A DNA stretch of 64,000 nt from assembly GCA_944377315.1 (NCBI GenBank), contig CALWEM010000027.1:9934-73933 (forward strand), read 5' to 3'. Source of the stretch: an uncultured Clostridia bacterium. Its GTDB lineage: Bacteria; Bacillota; Clostridia; Christensenellales; UBA1242. The stretch's first letter is position 1. The number at the start of each line of letters is the position of its first letter. The notes under the pieces are model-generated. The model was not told the origin of the DNA, made no database searches, and saw nothing but the letters and a program-made list of their open reading frames with translations. Below are positions 25,779-35,404 of the stretch, one piece after another. A program made the translations under genes and the position numbers.

Positions 25779-28178
25779 CTACACTCTTAATTTTGCTCCA
25801 AATCTAAATTCCAAACTCTTCAAAACTTTTTTAATAATACCATTAATTTCATCGGCAGTCAAGGTTTTATCTTCGCTAACCAAGCGAATTTTGTATGCAA
25901 AACTTTTCTTATCAGCACCGAGCGCTTCACTTCGATAGACATCGAAAAGTTCGACTTCCGAGAAATGTTTTCCGCAGGCAGATTTAATGGCAGAGATAAG
26001 TTCTCCATTTGTCACCTTTTCATCAACGACAACAGCAATATCTCTTTCCACAGTTGGAAATTTGGAAAGTTCCTTTGTGGCGTATTTCTTTTCAGGCAAT
26101 TTCGAGAGATAATCGGTGTCAAGTTCAGCATAGTAAACATCATCTTGAATATCATAGTTTTTTAAAACCTTCTTATGAATTTTGCCAAACCAGCCAATTT
26201 TTGTGCCGTCACTTGCAATGATATCAGCGCTCACACCAGAGTGAAGATATGGTTCTTTCGACCTTTCAAGTTTATATTCAATTGGCAAACTCACAAGCAA
26301 ATTTTCAATGACATTTTTAAGCATAAAGAAATCATAGCCATTTTCACAAACAGCGATAGAAAGACGGTTATTTTCAAGCGGAAGTTCTTTGAGTGGCAAC
26401 GATTTTGGAAGATAAACACGGCCGGTTTCAAAAAATTTCAAATTTTTGTTGCCAACAGACAAATTGTAATGAATATCCAAAAGCAAGGCGTGAGCCATCA
26501 CCGTTCTCACAGTTGACAAATCATCGCTTATTGGATTGGCAAGCCTTATAATATTCTTTCGCTCATCGTCAATCATAAGTTTACTGATGGCAGTCGGCGA
26601 ATAAAGCGAATAGTTCAAAGTTTCATAGAAACCATAGTCGACAAGAGAATTTTTCATCTTGTTCTCCAACACAAGTCTTGGTTCATATGCACCAATGGTC
26701 ACCGAAGAATGCTCAAACGCTCCCCCTTCAACATTGTTATAAACTTCATAACCATAAATGCGAATCAACTCTTCTGCCAAATCATTTTCGTTTTCAATAT
26801 CTTCACGATAATATGGAAGAAGGCAAGTGAGAATGTCATCATTTAATGTCGATTTAATTCCCAGCCCATTCAAAATTTGCAAAACTCTTTTTCTGTCAAT
26901 CTCGACACCCAAAATTTTGTCAATCTTTGACATTGAAGCCGTGATTTTTCTTTCCACCACTTCTTTTTGGTTGCAAATGTCAATAATTCCGTCCACAATC
27001 TTTCCGCAACCCAAAGTCGACACAAGATTGAGTGCTCTTTTGAGTGCCTTGACAGGGCTTGAAAGATAAATCCCTTTTGAATATCGAAGAGATGAGTCAG
27101 TCATAACCCCAATCTTACGGCTGGTCAAACGGACGCTTTTAAGGTCAAAAACAGCACACTCGAAAATAGTTTCAGTGGTATCTTTTTCCACGCAAGAATT
27201 AACTCCACCAATGATACCAGCAATCACCACAGGCTTCACGCTGTCAGCAATCACCATATCATCAGCATTAAGAGTGTAGGTATTGCCATTCAAAACTGCA
27301 ATCTTTTCATTCTCTTTGGCATCACGCACAACAATCTTACTTCCAGCAAGATGTTTATAGTCAAAAGCGTGCATTGGCTGTCCTTGTTCGACAAGAACAT
27401 AGTTTGTGATATCAACAATGGTGTTAATCGGCTTGATACCAACAGCAAAAAGCCTTGAACGAAGCCAAAGTGGTGAACGAGTGAGTTTCAAATCTTTGAC
27501 ATATGAAGCCATATATCTTGGACATTTTTTGGTCTTGACATCAACTGAAATATAATTTTTGACATCATCACCAATGGTTTTATATGAATAATCAACATCT
27601 TTGAAAGGTTTGTTATATATCGCACAGATTTCGCGAGCAATTCCAATCACGCTGTTACAATCTGGTCTGTTTGGTGTCACATTGATATCCAAAACAACAT
27701 CATTAAGAAGAAGAGCGTCATCAATTTTTGCTCCCACCTTTGTGTCGTTTGGCAAAATCAAAATGCCATTGACTCCACCACCTTCAATATAATTTTCATC
27801 AATTCCAAGTTCTTCGCCAGAGCAGAACATACCATCACTCTTAACACCGCGAAAATTTGTCGGCTTTATCTTGACGCCATTGACAAGGTCAGCCCCTTCA
27901 AGAGCAACTGGAACAACAGCGCCTTCAAAAACATTGGTGGCAGAAGTGATTATCTGCACAGACTTCTCTCCAACATCAACTTGACAAACTTGAAGACGGT
28001 CGGCTTCTTTGTGTTTCTCGATTTTGGTTATTTTCCCAACATAAACATCGTGAAGATGCTCGTTTTGGAAAGAATATTCTTCAACTTCAAATCCAGAAGT
28101 TGAAAGTTTTTCGCAGAGTTCGCTGACAGGAATATCAATATCAACAAAATCTTTAAGCCAGTTATATGATACTTTCAT
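25779..28178 (-). CDS. pheT: Phenylalanine--tRNA ligase beta subunit
   Basis: 799 aa with MKVSYNWLKDFV N-terminus and tRNA-binding, B3/4, B5 and FDX-ACB domain order. Confidence 0.96.
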   Translation of the reverse strand: MKVSYNWLKDFVDIDIPVSELCEKLSTSGFEVEEYSFQNEHLHDVYVGKITKIEKHKEADRLQVCQVDVGEKSVQIITSATNVFEGAVVPVALEGADLVNGVKIKPTNFRGVKSDGMFCSGEELGIDENYIEGGGVNGILILPNDTKVGAKIDDALLLNDVVLDINVTPNRPDCNSVIGIAREICAIYNKPFKDVDYSYKTIGDDVKNYISVDVKTKKCPRYMASYVKDLKLTRSPLWLRSRLFAVGIKPINTIVDITNYVLVEQGQPMHAFDYKHLAGSKIVVRDAKENEKIAVLNGNTYTLNADDMVIADSVKPVVIAGIIGGVNSCVEKDTTETIFECAVFDLKSVRLTSRKIGVMTDSSLRYSKGIYLSSPVKALKRALNLVSTLGCGKIVDGIIDICNQKEVVERKITASMSKIDKILGVEIDRKRVLQILNGLGIKSTLNDDILTCLLPYYREDIENENDLAEELIRIYGYEVYNNVEGGAFEHSSVTIGAYEPRLVLENKMKNSLVDYGFYETLNYSLYSPTAISKLMIDDERKNIIRLANPISDDLSTVRTVMAHALLLDIHYNLSVGNKNLKFFETGRVYLPKSLPLKELPLENNRLSIAVCENGYDFFMLKNVIENLLVSLPIEYKLERSKEPYLHSGVSADIIASDGTKIGWFGKIHKKVLKNYDIQDDVYYAELDTDYLSKLPEKKYATKELSKFPTVERDIAVVVDEKVTNGELISAIKSACGKHFSEVELFDVYRSEALGADKKSFAYKIRLVSEDKTLTADEINGIIKKVLKSLEFRFGAKLRV

Positions 28179-28203
28179 CTTTTTCTCCTTTTATTATCAA
28201 AAC

Positions 28204-28240
28204 CACAATATATGGTGTGTTATGCATTGCATACCACAAC
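28204..28240. repeat. Quasi-palindromic TATGCA-W-TGCATA element, copy b
   Basis: CACAATATATGGTGTGTTATGCATTGCATACCACAAC between pheS and pheT. Confidence 0.7.
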
Positions 28241-28243
28241 AAA

Positions 28244-29263
28244 TTAACGCATTTGCTTCAAAAATCTCATATCATTTCTGAAAAGATATTTAATGTTTGG
28301 AATTTTGTTTAAAACCATAACACTTCTGTCAATTCCAGGGCCAAATGCAAAGCCAGAATATTTTTTGCTGTCAATTCCAGACATTTCCAAAACTTTTGGG
28401 TTGACAACTCCTGCACCAAACACTTCAGAAAAACCAGAACCTTTGCAAAGCGAACAACCTTTTCCACCGCACATCTGACAAGTGGCATCAATTTCAATTG
28501 ATGGCTCGGTGAATGGAAAGTATGACGGACGAACACGCATTTTCACATCTTCACCAAACAAGCGTTTCAAGATGGTGTCAATCATTTTCATCAAATCTTT
28601 CAGTCCAACATTTTCATCAACAACAAGTGCTTCAAATTGGTTAAAGATTGGTGAGTGAGAACTGTCATCATCGTTACGATACACTCTCCCCGGACAAACA
28701 ATCTTGAAAGGTGGTTTCAAGGTTTCCATTGCGTGAACTTGCATATTTGAAGTTTGTGTTCGAAGCACGATGTTGTCGGTGATATACAATGAGTCTTGCA
28801 TATCTCTCGCTGGGTGATTTTTTGGAACATTGAGTGCTTCAAAGTTATAATAATCGGTGTCGATTTCTGGGCCTTGAATGACAGTGAAGCCCATTTCCAC
28901 GCATATTTCCATAAACTTATTATTAAAACGAGTCAAAGGATGAAGTGAACCTTTTTTTGTTCCCTTGCTTGGCAAAGTGATGTCCACCCTCTCCTTTTCC
29001 ATTTCGCTTATGAGATTTTCTTCTTCCAACTTCTCCTGCTTTGAAGATATGGCATTCTCCAATTTCTCTCGAACAACATTGGCTTGCATACCAACACTCT
29101 TACGCTCTTCTGGCGGTATTTCTTTCATATTGCGAAGGATGGAAGTGAGTTCACCTTGTTTGCCAAGGAACTTAACTCTTGCATCATCCAAACTTTTAAG
29201 GTCATTTGCCTTTTCAATTTCGTCCAAGCCATTTTTCAAAATCAAATCCAATTTTTCTTTCAC
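28244..29263 (-). CDS. pheS: Phenylalanine--tRNA ligase alpha subunit
   Basis: 339 aa with class II motifs (FRNDDDSSHSP-like, GFAFGPGIDR). Confidence 0.96.
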   Translation of the reverse strand: MKEKLDLILKNGLDEIEKANDLKSLDDARVKFLGKQGELTSILRNMKEIPPEERKSVGMQANVVREKLENAISSKQEKLEEENLISEMEKERVDITLPSKGTKKGSLHPLTRFNNKFMEICVEMGFTVIQGPEIDTDYYNFEALNVPKNHPARDMQDSLYITDNIVLRTQTSNMQVHAMETLKPPFKIVCPGRVYRNDDDSSHSPIFNQFEALVVDENVGLKDLMKMIDTILKRLFGEDVKMRVRPSYFPFTEPSIEIDATCQMCGGKGCSLCKGSGFSEVFGAGVVNPKVLEMSGIDSKKYSGFAFGPGIDRSVMVLNKIPNIKYLFRNDMRFLKQMR

Positions 29264-29280
29264 ATTTTTCTCCTTTTAAC

Positions 29281-29516
29281 AAAAAATGCCGTCCCATATT
29301 ATTAGGACGACAAAGCCGTGATACCACCTAATTTCGTGCCGAAAAGCACCTCAATTTTGACATTTTACGCCTGCCAACGCGACAATCCCTACGCAATTTC
29401 TCTTCAAGATTGCAACTAGAAAGTGAATTCAACGGAGCAATTCTGTCTTTTTTCAGCAACCAAGACTCTCTGTGAGAACAGCCACCCGCCTACTACTCTT
29501 TCATCATCGTTTTTAC
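29281..29516 (-). promoter_or_regulatory. T-box riboswitch leader, Phe (UUC specifier)
   Basis: Minus strand has AGAGAG, distal GGTTGCTGAAA, specifier GAATTCA, T-box AAATTAGGTGGTATCACGG, and terminator CGTCCTAATAATATGGGACGG plus a T run. Confidence 0.88.
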
Positions 29517-29522
29517 ATTGAA

Positions 29523-29551
29523 ATTATAATCATTTGAAAAAGATTTGTCAA
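29523..29551 (-). promoter_or_regulatory. Consensus sigma-A promoter of the pheST leader
   Basis: Minus strand TTGACA-17 nt-TATAAT. Confidence 0.8.
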
Positions 29552-29612
29552 GCAAAAAATATAAAGTTGTCAAGATTTTGAAATTTCTGATGATTTGTGC
29601 TAGAATAGTGTT

Positions 29613-30491
29613 ATGGAAAAAAGTCGTTATTTTCAAATTGAAGTGAAAAATATTGTCGAAAAAGTCAATGTTTATCTTTTCTTACGCAAAAACGGATTTT
29701 CGGAACATTATCTTAAAAATTTACGCCATAAAAGTGACGCGATAAGAGTGAACTATGTGACAGCAAACGCAAAAACCGTGCTTAAAAATGGCGATATCTT
29801 GGAAATTGACAAAAACCCAAGCCCTTCAACCAGCATAAAAAAAGTGGAAAAAGAAATTGAAGTTGTCTTTGAAGACGAAAACTACCTTTTGGTTAACAAA
29901 CCACCACTTCTTGCCACAATGCCGACAAAATCGCATTTTGATGACAATCTTGCTGGTCGTGTGGTGAATTATGTTGATGACGAAAATTTCACTTTGCGAG
30001 TGTTTAATCGCCTTGACAAAGATGCTTCAGGGCTTGTGCTTATCTCAAAAGATGCCATCACTCCACAATTTACTGAAATTTTGGAAAAGGAATATTATGC
30101 CATTTGTAACGGCGTTTTGAAAGAAGAAGTGGTGGTCGAAAAGCCCATACTCACACGAATGGAAAATGGTGTTAACATACTAAAACGCGTCATTTCTATC
30201 TTTGGTCAATACGCCAAAACTCGATTTGTTCCCATCAAAAATTGGAAGAACTATACTCTTGTGAAAGCAGAAATCACCAAAGGTCGAACTCACCAAATTC
30301 GCCTTCATTCTGCTTCAATTTCACACTCACTCATCGGCGACAAAGTGTATGGCATTGAAGATGAGTTCTCTCACGCATATCTTCATCTCAAAAAAATTTC
30401 TTTTAGGCATAATTTAACTGGCAAAACTTTTGAATTTGAAGTTGATTTTCCAGATGATTTCAAAAAATTTTTCAATGAAAAAAGACCATAA
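29613..30491 (+). CDS. RluA-family pseudouridine synthase with N-terminal S4-like domain
   Basis: 292 aa with RLDKDASGLVL catalytic Asp motif and GRTHQIRLH. Confidence 0.88.
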   Translation: MEKSRYFQIEVKNIVEKVNVYLFLRKNGFSEHYLKNLRHKSDAIRVNYVTANAKTVLKNGDILEIDKNPSPSTSIKKVEKEIEVVFEDENYLLVNKPPLLATMPTKSHFDDNLAGRVVNYVDDENFTLRVFNRLDKDASGLVLISKDAITPQFTEILEKEYYAICNGVLKEEVVVEKPILTRMENGVNILKRVISIFGQYAKTRFVPIKNWKNYTLVKAEITKGRTHQIRLHSASISHSLIGDKVYGIEDEFSHAYLHLKKISFRHNLTGKTFEFEVDFPDDFKKFFNEKRP

Positions 30492-30505
30492 CGGTCTTTT
30501 TCCTT
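30476..30505. terminator. Bidirectional terminator
   Basis: AAAGACC-ATAAC-GGTCTTT flanked by an A run and a T run; lies between convergent genes. Confidence 0.65.
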
Positions 30506-30512
30506 TTGGGAA

Positions 30513-30665
30513 CTATTTAGATTTTCTTGAAGACGATTTTCTTGATGCTTCCTTCCCTGCTTCACAATTTCTTGTTGAAGACTTTGCGGATTTTGTGGAA
30601 GCCTCTCTCCCTGCTTCAGTGTTGGAGCAGTTTTTGCACGCCTTCTCTTTCTTTTTACCAAACAT
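30513..30665 (-). CDS. 50-aa K/S-rich peptide with duplicated NC..EAG[RK]EAS.KS module
   Basis: Strong RBS GGGAGGTAACT before the ATG at 30665. Translates MFGKKKEKACKNCSNTEAGREASTKSAKSSTRNCEAGKEASRKSSSRKSK. The track shows it as the tail of a longer spurious ORF. Confidence 0.55.
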   Translation of the reverse strand: MFGKKKEKACKNCSNTEAGREASTKSAKSSTRNCEAGKEASRKSSSRKSK

Positions 30666-30756
30666 AGTTACCTCCCATTTTTCAAGGAATAATTCCTTGT
30701 TAATTATATTGTTGATAAAATTTTGATTTTTATTCATCAAAAGTGCAAATAAAAAA

Positions 30757-30842
30757 GTGCGAGCAAAAAGTGGACAAAGGATTTGTCCACCCGCCACAAA
30801 AGTGGCACTCACGCAAAAATTTGCGTGAGATTTTGCTCGCAC
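30757..30842. repeat. Three-hairpin closed-stem element E3
   Basis: Outer stem GTGCGAGCAAAA/TTTTGCTCGCAC encloses GTGGACAAA-GGA-TTTGTCCAC, GCCAC-AAAA-GTGGC and CTCACGCAAA-AA-TTTGCGTGAG. On the minus strand it is followed by TTTTTTATTT. Confidence 0.75.
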
Positions 30843-30859
30843 AAATATTCAAAAAAAAC

Positions 30860-31282
30860 TTATTTTTTTGCTTTCTTTTTCTTTTCAGCTTGTTGTTTTT
30901 TGTAAGCTTCTTCGTTTTCAATCTGCTTGTTTGCTTCTTCAACAAGATTATAATACTCATCAAAAATTTTGACAGCAATTTCTTGATCGCTTTCTGGTCT
31001 TAAGGTTGTTGGCTTTGTTGTTTCATCGCAAAGGAAAACGATGGCTTCGTCTTCTTTCACGCCTTGGATTTTGTCAACAGGCTTCAAAACGACATAAATT
31101 TTTCCGTCATAAGGAACAACTGCAACTTGTTCAAAAGTGATTTTTTTGCCTTGGTCGTCTTGCAACACGATTGGGTCAGAATTTTCTGGGTCCAAAAGGA
31201 TATCCAAGACATCAAAATCAGCCATTTCTTTTTCAACTTGTGCAGATATTTCTTCAAGTTTTTTAATTTTGTTTTTATCCAT
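30860..31282 (-). CDS. DUF1292-family protein (YrzB-like) with K-rich tail
   Basis: 140 aa with DDQGKKITFEQVAVVPYDGKIYVVLKP core; located after ruvX as in Bacillus yrrK-yrzB. Confidence 0.8.
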   Translation of the reverse strand: MDKNKIKKLEEISAQVEKEMADFDVLDILLDPENSDPIVLQDDQGKKITFEQVAVVPYDGKIYVVLKPVDKIQGVKEDEAIVFLCDETTKPTTLRPESDQEIAVKIFDEYYNLVEEANKQIENEEAYKKQQAEKKKKAKK

Positions 31283-31300
31283 AATAAATCCCCTTTTCTT

Positions 31301-31720
31301 TTATTTCTTTTCATCAAGATAATTTTGCAAGATGATTTGAGCAGAAACCTTGTCAAGAAGTTTTTTTCTTTCTTCCCACTTCAACCCTGCTTCTTTGAGA
31401 TACTCTTCCGCTTCAAAAGAAGTATATCTCTCATCTTGATAAAAAACATCAATGTGTGAAAGGTCTTGAAGTGATGAGCCAAAATTTTGAACTCGTCTAG
31501 ACATTTCACTTTCAGTGCCATCTGCATTAAGTGGCAAGCCCAAAACGATTGCAGAAATTTCATTTTCTTTTGCAAGACGAACAAGATATTTCAAATCTTC
31601 ACTGTCGCCCTTGCACTTATACACACTGTCAGCAGTTGCGATTGTGCCAGTGTTATCAGAAAACGCAATTCCGATTCTTGAGTTGCCATAGTCAAGCCCC
31701 ATAAATTTTTTGTTTTGCAT
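31301..31720 (-). CDS. ruvX: Holliday junction resolvase-like nuclease RuvX/YqgF
   Basis: 139 aa with GLDYGNSRIGIA N-terminus and DERYTS motif. Confidence 0.93.
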   Translation of the reverse strand: MQNKKFMGLDYGNSRIGIAFSDNTGTIATADSVYKCKGDSEDLKYLVRLAKENEISAIVLGLPLNADGTESEMSRRVQNFGSSLQDLSHIDVFYQDERYTSFEAEEYLKEAGLKWEERKKLLDKVSAQIILQNYLDEKK

Positions 31721-31792
31721 ATATCACCAATATCATTGTAAACTAAAGAAGCGAAATTGTCAAACAAAAATCACAAATATATAAAAATCTTT

Positions 31793-34700
31793 TTATTTGC
31801 ACGCCAAGGTGTTGATATTGATGGTCACGCGAACACCCAAGATTTCTTGCATCTTCATTTGCGTGCCAGTTATGCCACCCGCTGAAATGGTTTGAGCATT
31901 GTTTAGATTCGAGCCGACATCGCGTGTCCAATAGAATAGATAACCACCCAAGATATCAGCAACAAGGTCGGAGAACTCGGCTGACAAGTCGCCAAACACG
32001 CTTTGAATTTCACTTTCATTTGACACTATTGCCTGTGTCGGAACATCGGAAGTGGATGTTGTGCCGTTTGCCATTTTGAAATTGGTGACAGTATATGTTT
32101 TTGAATTCAAATAACTCAACTCATCCGACCCCATATATTCTTCACTTGCAATTCCACTGACATTGGTGCTGATTTGAGCATATGCATAACCCTTGCCCAA
32201 GCAATCATTTGCTGTCCAACCGGTTTGAAAGACGCTTGCAAAGACGATTTTTTCACTCACCGCTGTCACATTGCCACTTTCAGTCGCGTAGTTTGATGAA
32301 TAATCCCCAGCAAGAACATATTTCACCGGCTCAACTTTGAACCAACTTCCATTATAGCGAACATATTCATCATTTTTATATGTGTATGCATCATAAGGTT
32401 TTGTTCCATACGCTTCTTGACCATCTAACTTAAAACTAAAATTCGAAAATGTAAAGTCATATGTAATGTCTTCGATATACCACGTATTAAAAACAATATA
32501 AAGTTCTTCATAATTTCCAGAATTAAAAGTAAAACTATTGTCTTGATCAAGGTTATCAAAATATAATTGAGTTTCAGAGTTCTTATCTTGCGTTGGTTTT
32601 TCATATAAAACTTGTAATCTTAACCATTTTGCCATTTCATTACTATATGAACAATTGAAACTAATGGTATAACATTTGTTCGGTTGAACTTGAACTTTTG
32701 TGCCAAAAATACACCCACCGCCCATTTCTATTAAATGAACTCTGTTTACCTTTTCTTCATTGTCATATTCAATAGTCAATGTGCTCTTATCTCCACGATT
32801 TGTATACCTATAGACTTCCCATTGTGTCATATTTTCTTCAAGTTGCTTGGTTGGAAGAGTGTATACATTTCCATTTGTTTCTTCTGCATCTTTCAAACTT
32901 TCAAGTTCACTGATATCACTCTCATTTGTCACCTTACTTTGTGGAAAATAGCCCATTTCAACATACCAGTAGTCATTTTCTTTGTCATATATTGCTTCAT
33001 TTTTTGGAATCCAATGGGCGTGCCAAGAAACACCATCAGTGTATATTTGAATGTTGCTAGCATTTATTGAACCATCCGAAGCAATTGCGGTTGCACCCTC
33101 GCCGTTTTCTTTTTCAAAATAGCCCGCAAAAATGTAGCCAGTTTTGGTTGGCGGTGTCACAGTTTCAATTTTGTTTTGACAATTTTGATCATTATACCAC
33201 GCGTCACCATATTTTAGATAAATATATTTTGGAGATTCATTGTTGTGACTCTCTAAAGTAACTTTATATGTGTTTGGCTCCCATTGAGCATACAATGTCG
33301 TCCTTGAAGTGATGACAATAGTGTTACCTTCGTAATAATGTGTGCCAGTGCCAGAAGATGAAGTTGTCCAGCCGTCTGGCGAATATCCTTGGCGGTCAAT
33401 ATCATTTTTTGCCACTTTGACAGAAGTGTTGTGCAGAACATTTTGTGGTGCAGGATAGTCACTTGACGAGCCATATGAACTGTAGTAATCAAAAACATAC
33501 ACTTCGCTTATGAAAACAAGAATTGTTTTATTTGTTGTTGGCGTCCACTCGACCGTGTATGTGTCATTCTTGCTTCTGAAAATCATATCATAATCAGTCA
33601 AGGTTGGTGTCAAGCCAATTTTCATATAATACACAACATTAAACGAGCCGGTTGACGAAGCACCATTATATAAACTCAAAACCACATTTTTTGTTGATGA
33701 ACTTTGAGATTGATTGACTTGCGCAGATTTTCCCGCATCAATAATGTTGTATGCAATGCTGGAAATAAACGGAAAAGCAACTTTAAGCCCCACCGAATTT
33801 GTGGCATTCAAAGCCTGAAATCTGGCGGTGAATGTGTATGAATTCATTTGCCAATTTGCTTTTAGTGTGACCGTGCTTCCCATTTTGAGTCCCAAGTCTT
33901 TGAAATATTGGGAAGTTATTTTGGTGTCACCATTTGACCAAGATGACAACTGATTTGGCATTGGTCCTTGCTTTGCAAGTGCTGTGCCGAGATTTGTCGC
34001 AGTCCAACCAGTGAAAGAATAGCCAGACCTTGTTGGATTTGGAATATATAATACCGAACCAAAACAAGCATAATTTGTTTGAATTGAAAGCGAGCCAGAA
34101 TTCAATGAATAAGCAATATAGTAAATTAAATCTGCCAAAACGGGTAAACTATGTGAACCAATCATTCGCCAATCAGTTGATGTGCCAGTCGAAATATCCC
34201 AACTTCCATACACATCTGAATCCACATCATAAAATGCTGATGTGTTCCCATTAAGATAAGTGCAACCATCATTACTTGAAGGTCCGTTGCCATATCCAGT
34301 GCTTGAATGTGAAAAATAGCAATTGCTCACACCGCCACAATATCCACCCACAATTGCTCCACCATAAAGTGTGAAATTGCCAGAATTAAAGCAATTGGTA
34401 ATATAGCCACTATCACTATTGCCACAAATACCACCCGCTCGATAGCCAGAAAATGTTCCTGTGTTATAGCAGTTTGAAACCATTCCTTGACTTTCACCAC
34501 AAATTCCACCCATAATTGAGTAACCAGAAATTGCTCCAGTGTTGTAACAATCGTGTATCATCGGTGCGTAAGCACCTGTGGCAGTTGCTCGCCCAACAAT
34601 TCCACCCAGATATTGCAATGTTCCACCATAAATTGTTGCCGTTATCGTGCTTGAGTTGTAACAATGATGTATATATCCAGAGCTGCGGTTTGGAGAATCA

Positions 34701-35317
34701 ATCAAACCACAAATTCCACCAGCAGTCGGCGAATTTGGTTCAGTGACAGTCACACTTCCGCCAGCATTAAAACAGTTATATATTGTTGTCGCAAAATAAT
34801 CTTGACTACCTGCATACCCAACAATCCCACCAACATATCCAAAGCCACTAAAATGACAATCAACAAGTCCAAGGTCGTGAATTGTTGCACCAACGGTATA
34901 GCCAAAAAGTCCGACATTTGAATAACTAACTGTTAAATTTATGCCGGAAATAATATATCCATCTCCGTCATAATAACCAGAAAACGGATTTGTGCTGTTC
35001 CCAATTGGAACATTGAAACTTGAAACGGCAATATTTGCAGTTTGTCTATAATAAGACCTATTGCCAATGCCATTATTAATATTACTTGCAAGTGTGTTTA
35101 AATCACTTGAATTTTGGATTAAATATGGTGAAGAAGATGTGCCAGAACCGGAAAATTGAGAACTTAAATCTTCATTTTCATTTTGCGAATTGTCAAATCC
35201 CACCCCCGATTCAGTTATGGAGATTTGATTGTATATGTCGCCCAACAAAACACCGCCAGTCACCAAAGCGGACACGATGAAAACTATGAAAAACACAACA
35301 ACAAAAAGTTTTTTCAT
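31793..35317 (-). CDS. Giant surface protein A: N-terminal anchor, GLUG-type repeats, Listeria-Bacteroides-type repeats, shared C-terminal module
   Basis: MKKLFVVVFFIVFIVSALV anchor; repeated GGI[VC]G...CYN.G motifs; PTRSGYSFTGWT and PTKTGYIFAGYF repeats; C-terminus paralogous to the 38588..42064 protein. The track N-extension uses TTG and overlaps the -10 box. Confidence 0.85.
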   Translation of the reverse strand: MKKLFVVVFFIVFIVSALVTGGVLLGDIYNQISITESGVGFDNSQNENEDLSSQFSGSGTSSSPYLIQNSSDLNTLASNINNGIGNRSYYRQTANIAVSSFNVPIGNSTNPFSGYYDGDGYIISGINLTVSYSNVGLFGYTVGATIHDLGLVDCHFSGFGYVGGIVGYAGSQDYFATTIYNCFNAGGSVTVTEPNSPTAGGICGLIDSPNRSSGYIHHCYNSSTITATIYGGTLQYLGGIVGRATATGAYAPMIHDCYNTGAISGYSIMGGICGESQGMVSNCYNTGTFSGYRAGGICGNSDSGYITNCFNSGNFTLYGGAIVGGYCGGVSNCYFSHSSTGYGNGPSSNDGCTYLNGNTSAFYDVDSDVYGSWDISTGTSTDWRMIGSHSLPVLADLIYYIAYSLNSGSLSIQTNYACFGSVLYIPNPTRSGYSFTGWTATNLGTALAKQGPMPNQLSSWSNGDTKITSQYFKDLGLKMGSTVTLKANWQMNSYTFTARFQALNATNSVGLKVAFPFISSIAYNIIDAGKSAQVNQSQSSSTKNVVLSLYNGASSTGSFNVVYYMKIGLTPTLTDYDMIFRSKNDTYTVEWTPTTNKTILVFISEVYVFDYYSSYGSSSDYPAPQNVLHNTSVKVAKNDIDRQGYSPDGWTTSSSGTGTHYYEGNTIVITSRTTLYAQWEPNTYKVTLESHNNESPKYIYLKYGDAWYNDQNCQNKIETVTPPTKTGYIFAGYFEKENGEGATAIASDGSINASNIQIYTDGVSWHAHWIPKNEAIYDKENDYWYVEMGYFPQSKVTNESDISELESLKDAEETNGNVYTLPTKQLEENMTQWEVYRYTNRGDKSTLTIEYDNEEKVNRVHLIEMGGGCIFGTKVQVQPNKCYTISFNCSYSNEMAKWLRLQVLYEKPTQDKNSETQLYFDNLDQDNSFTFNSGNYEELYIVFNTWYIEDITYDFTFSNFSFKLDGQEAYGTKPYDAYTYKNDEYVRYNGSWFKVEPVKYVLAGDYSSNYATESGNVTAVSEKIVFASVFQTGWTANDCLGKGYAYAQISTNVSGIASEEYMGSDELSYLNSKTYTVTNFKMANGTTSTSDVPTQAIVSNESEIQSVFGDLSAEFSDLVADILGGYLFYWTRDVGSNLNNAQTISAGGITGTQMKMQEILGVRVTININTLACK

Positions 35318-35404
35318 ATTGATATTATAAATTATTATACAATTTTTTTGCAAACAAATTTATATATATTATCACAAAATTTTTCATAGAGATAACTTTT
35401 ATGC

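Noticed and set aside
28221-28233. TATGCA-W-TGCATA core read as an ARG box
   Set aside because: The half-site spacing (1 nt) does not fit the TGAAT-W4-ATTCA geometry. The similarity is limited to TGCAT.
30666-30842. N-terminal two-thirds of the 109-aa track ORF 30513..30842
   Set aside because: The upstream part runs through structured element E3 and has no start or RBS support. Only the last 50 codons follow a strong RBS.
35318-35353. N-terminal extension of surface protein A (MQKNCIIIYNIN)
   Set aside because: It starts at a TTG and overlaps the extended -10 box. The ATG at 35317 begins a typical K-rich/hydrophobic anchor.
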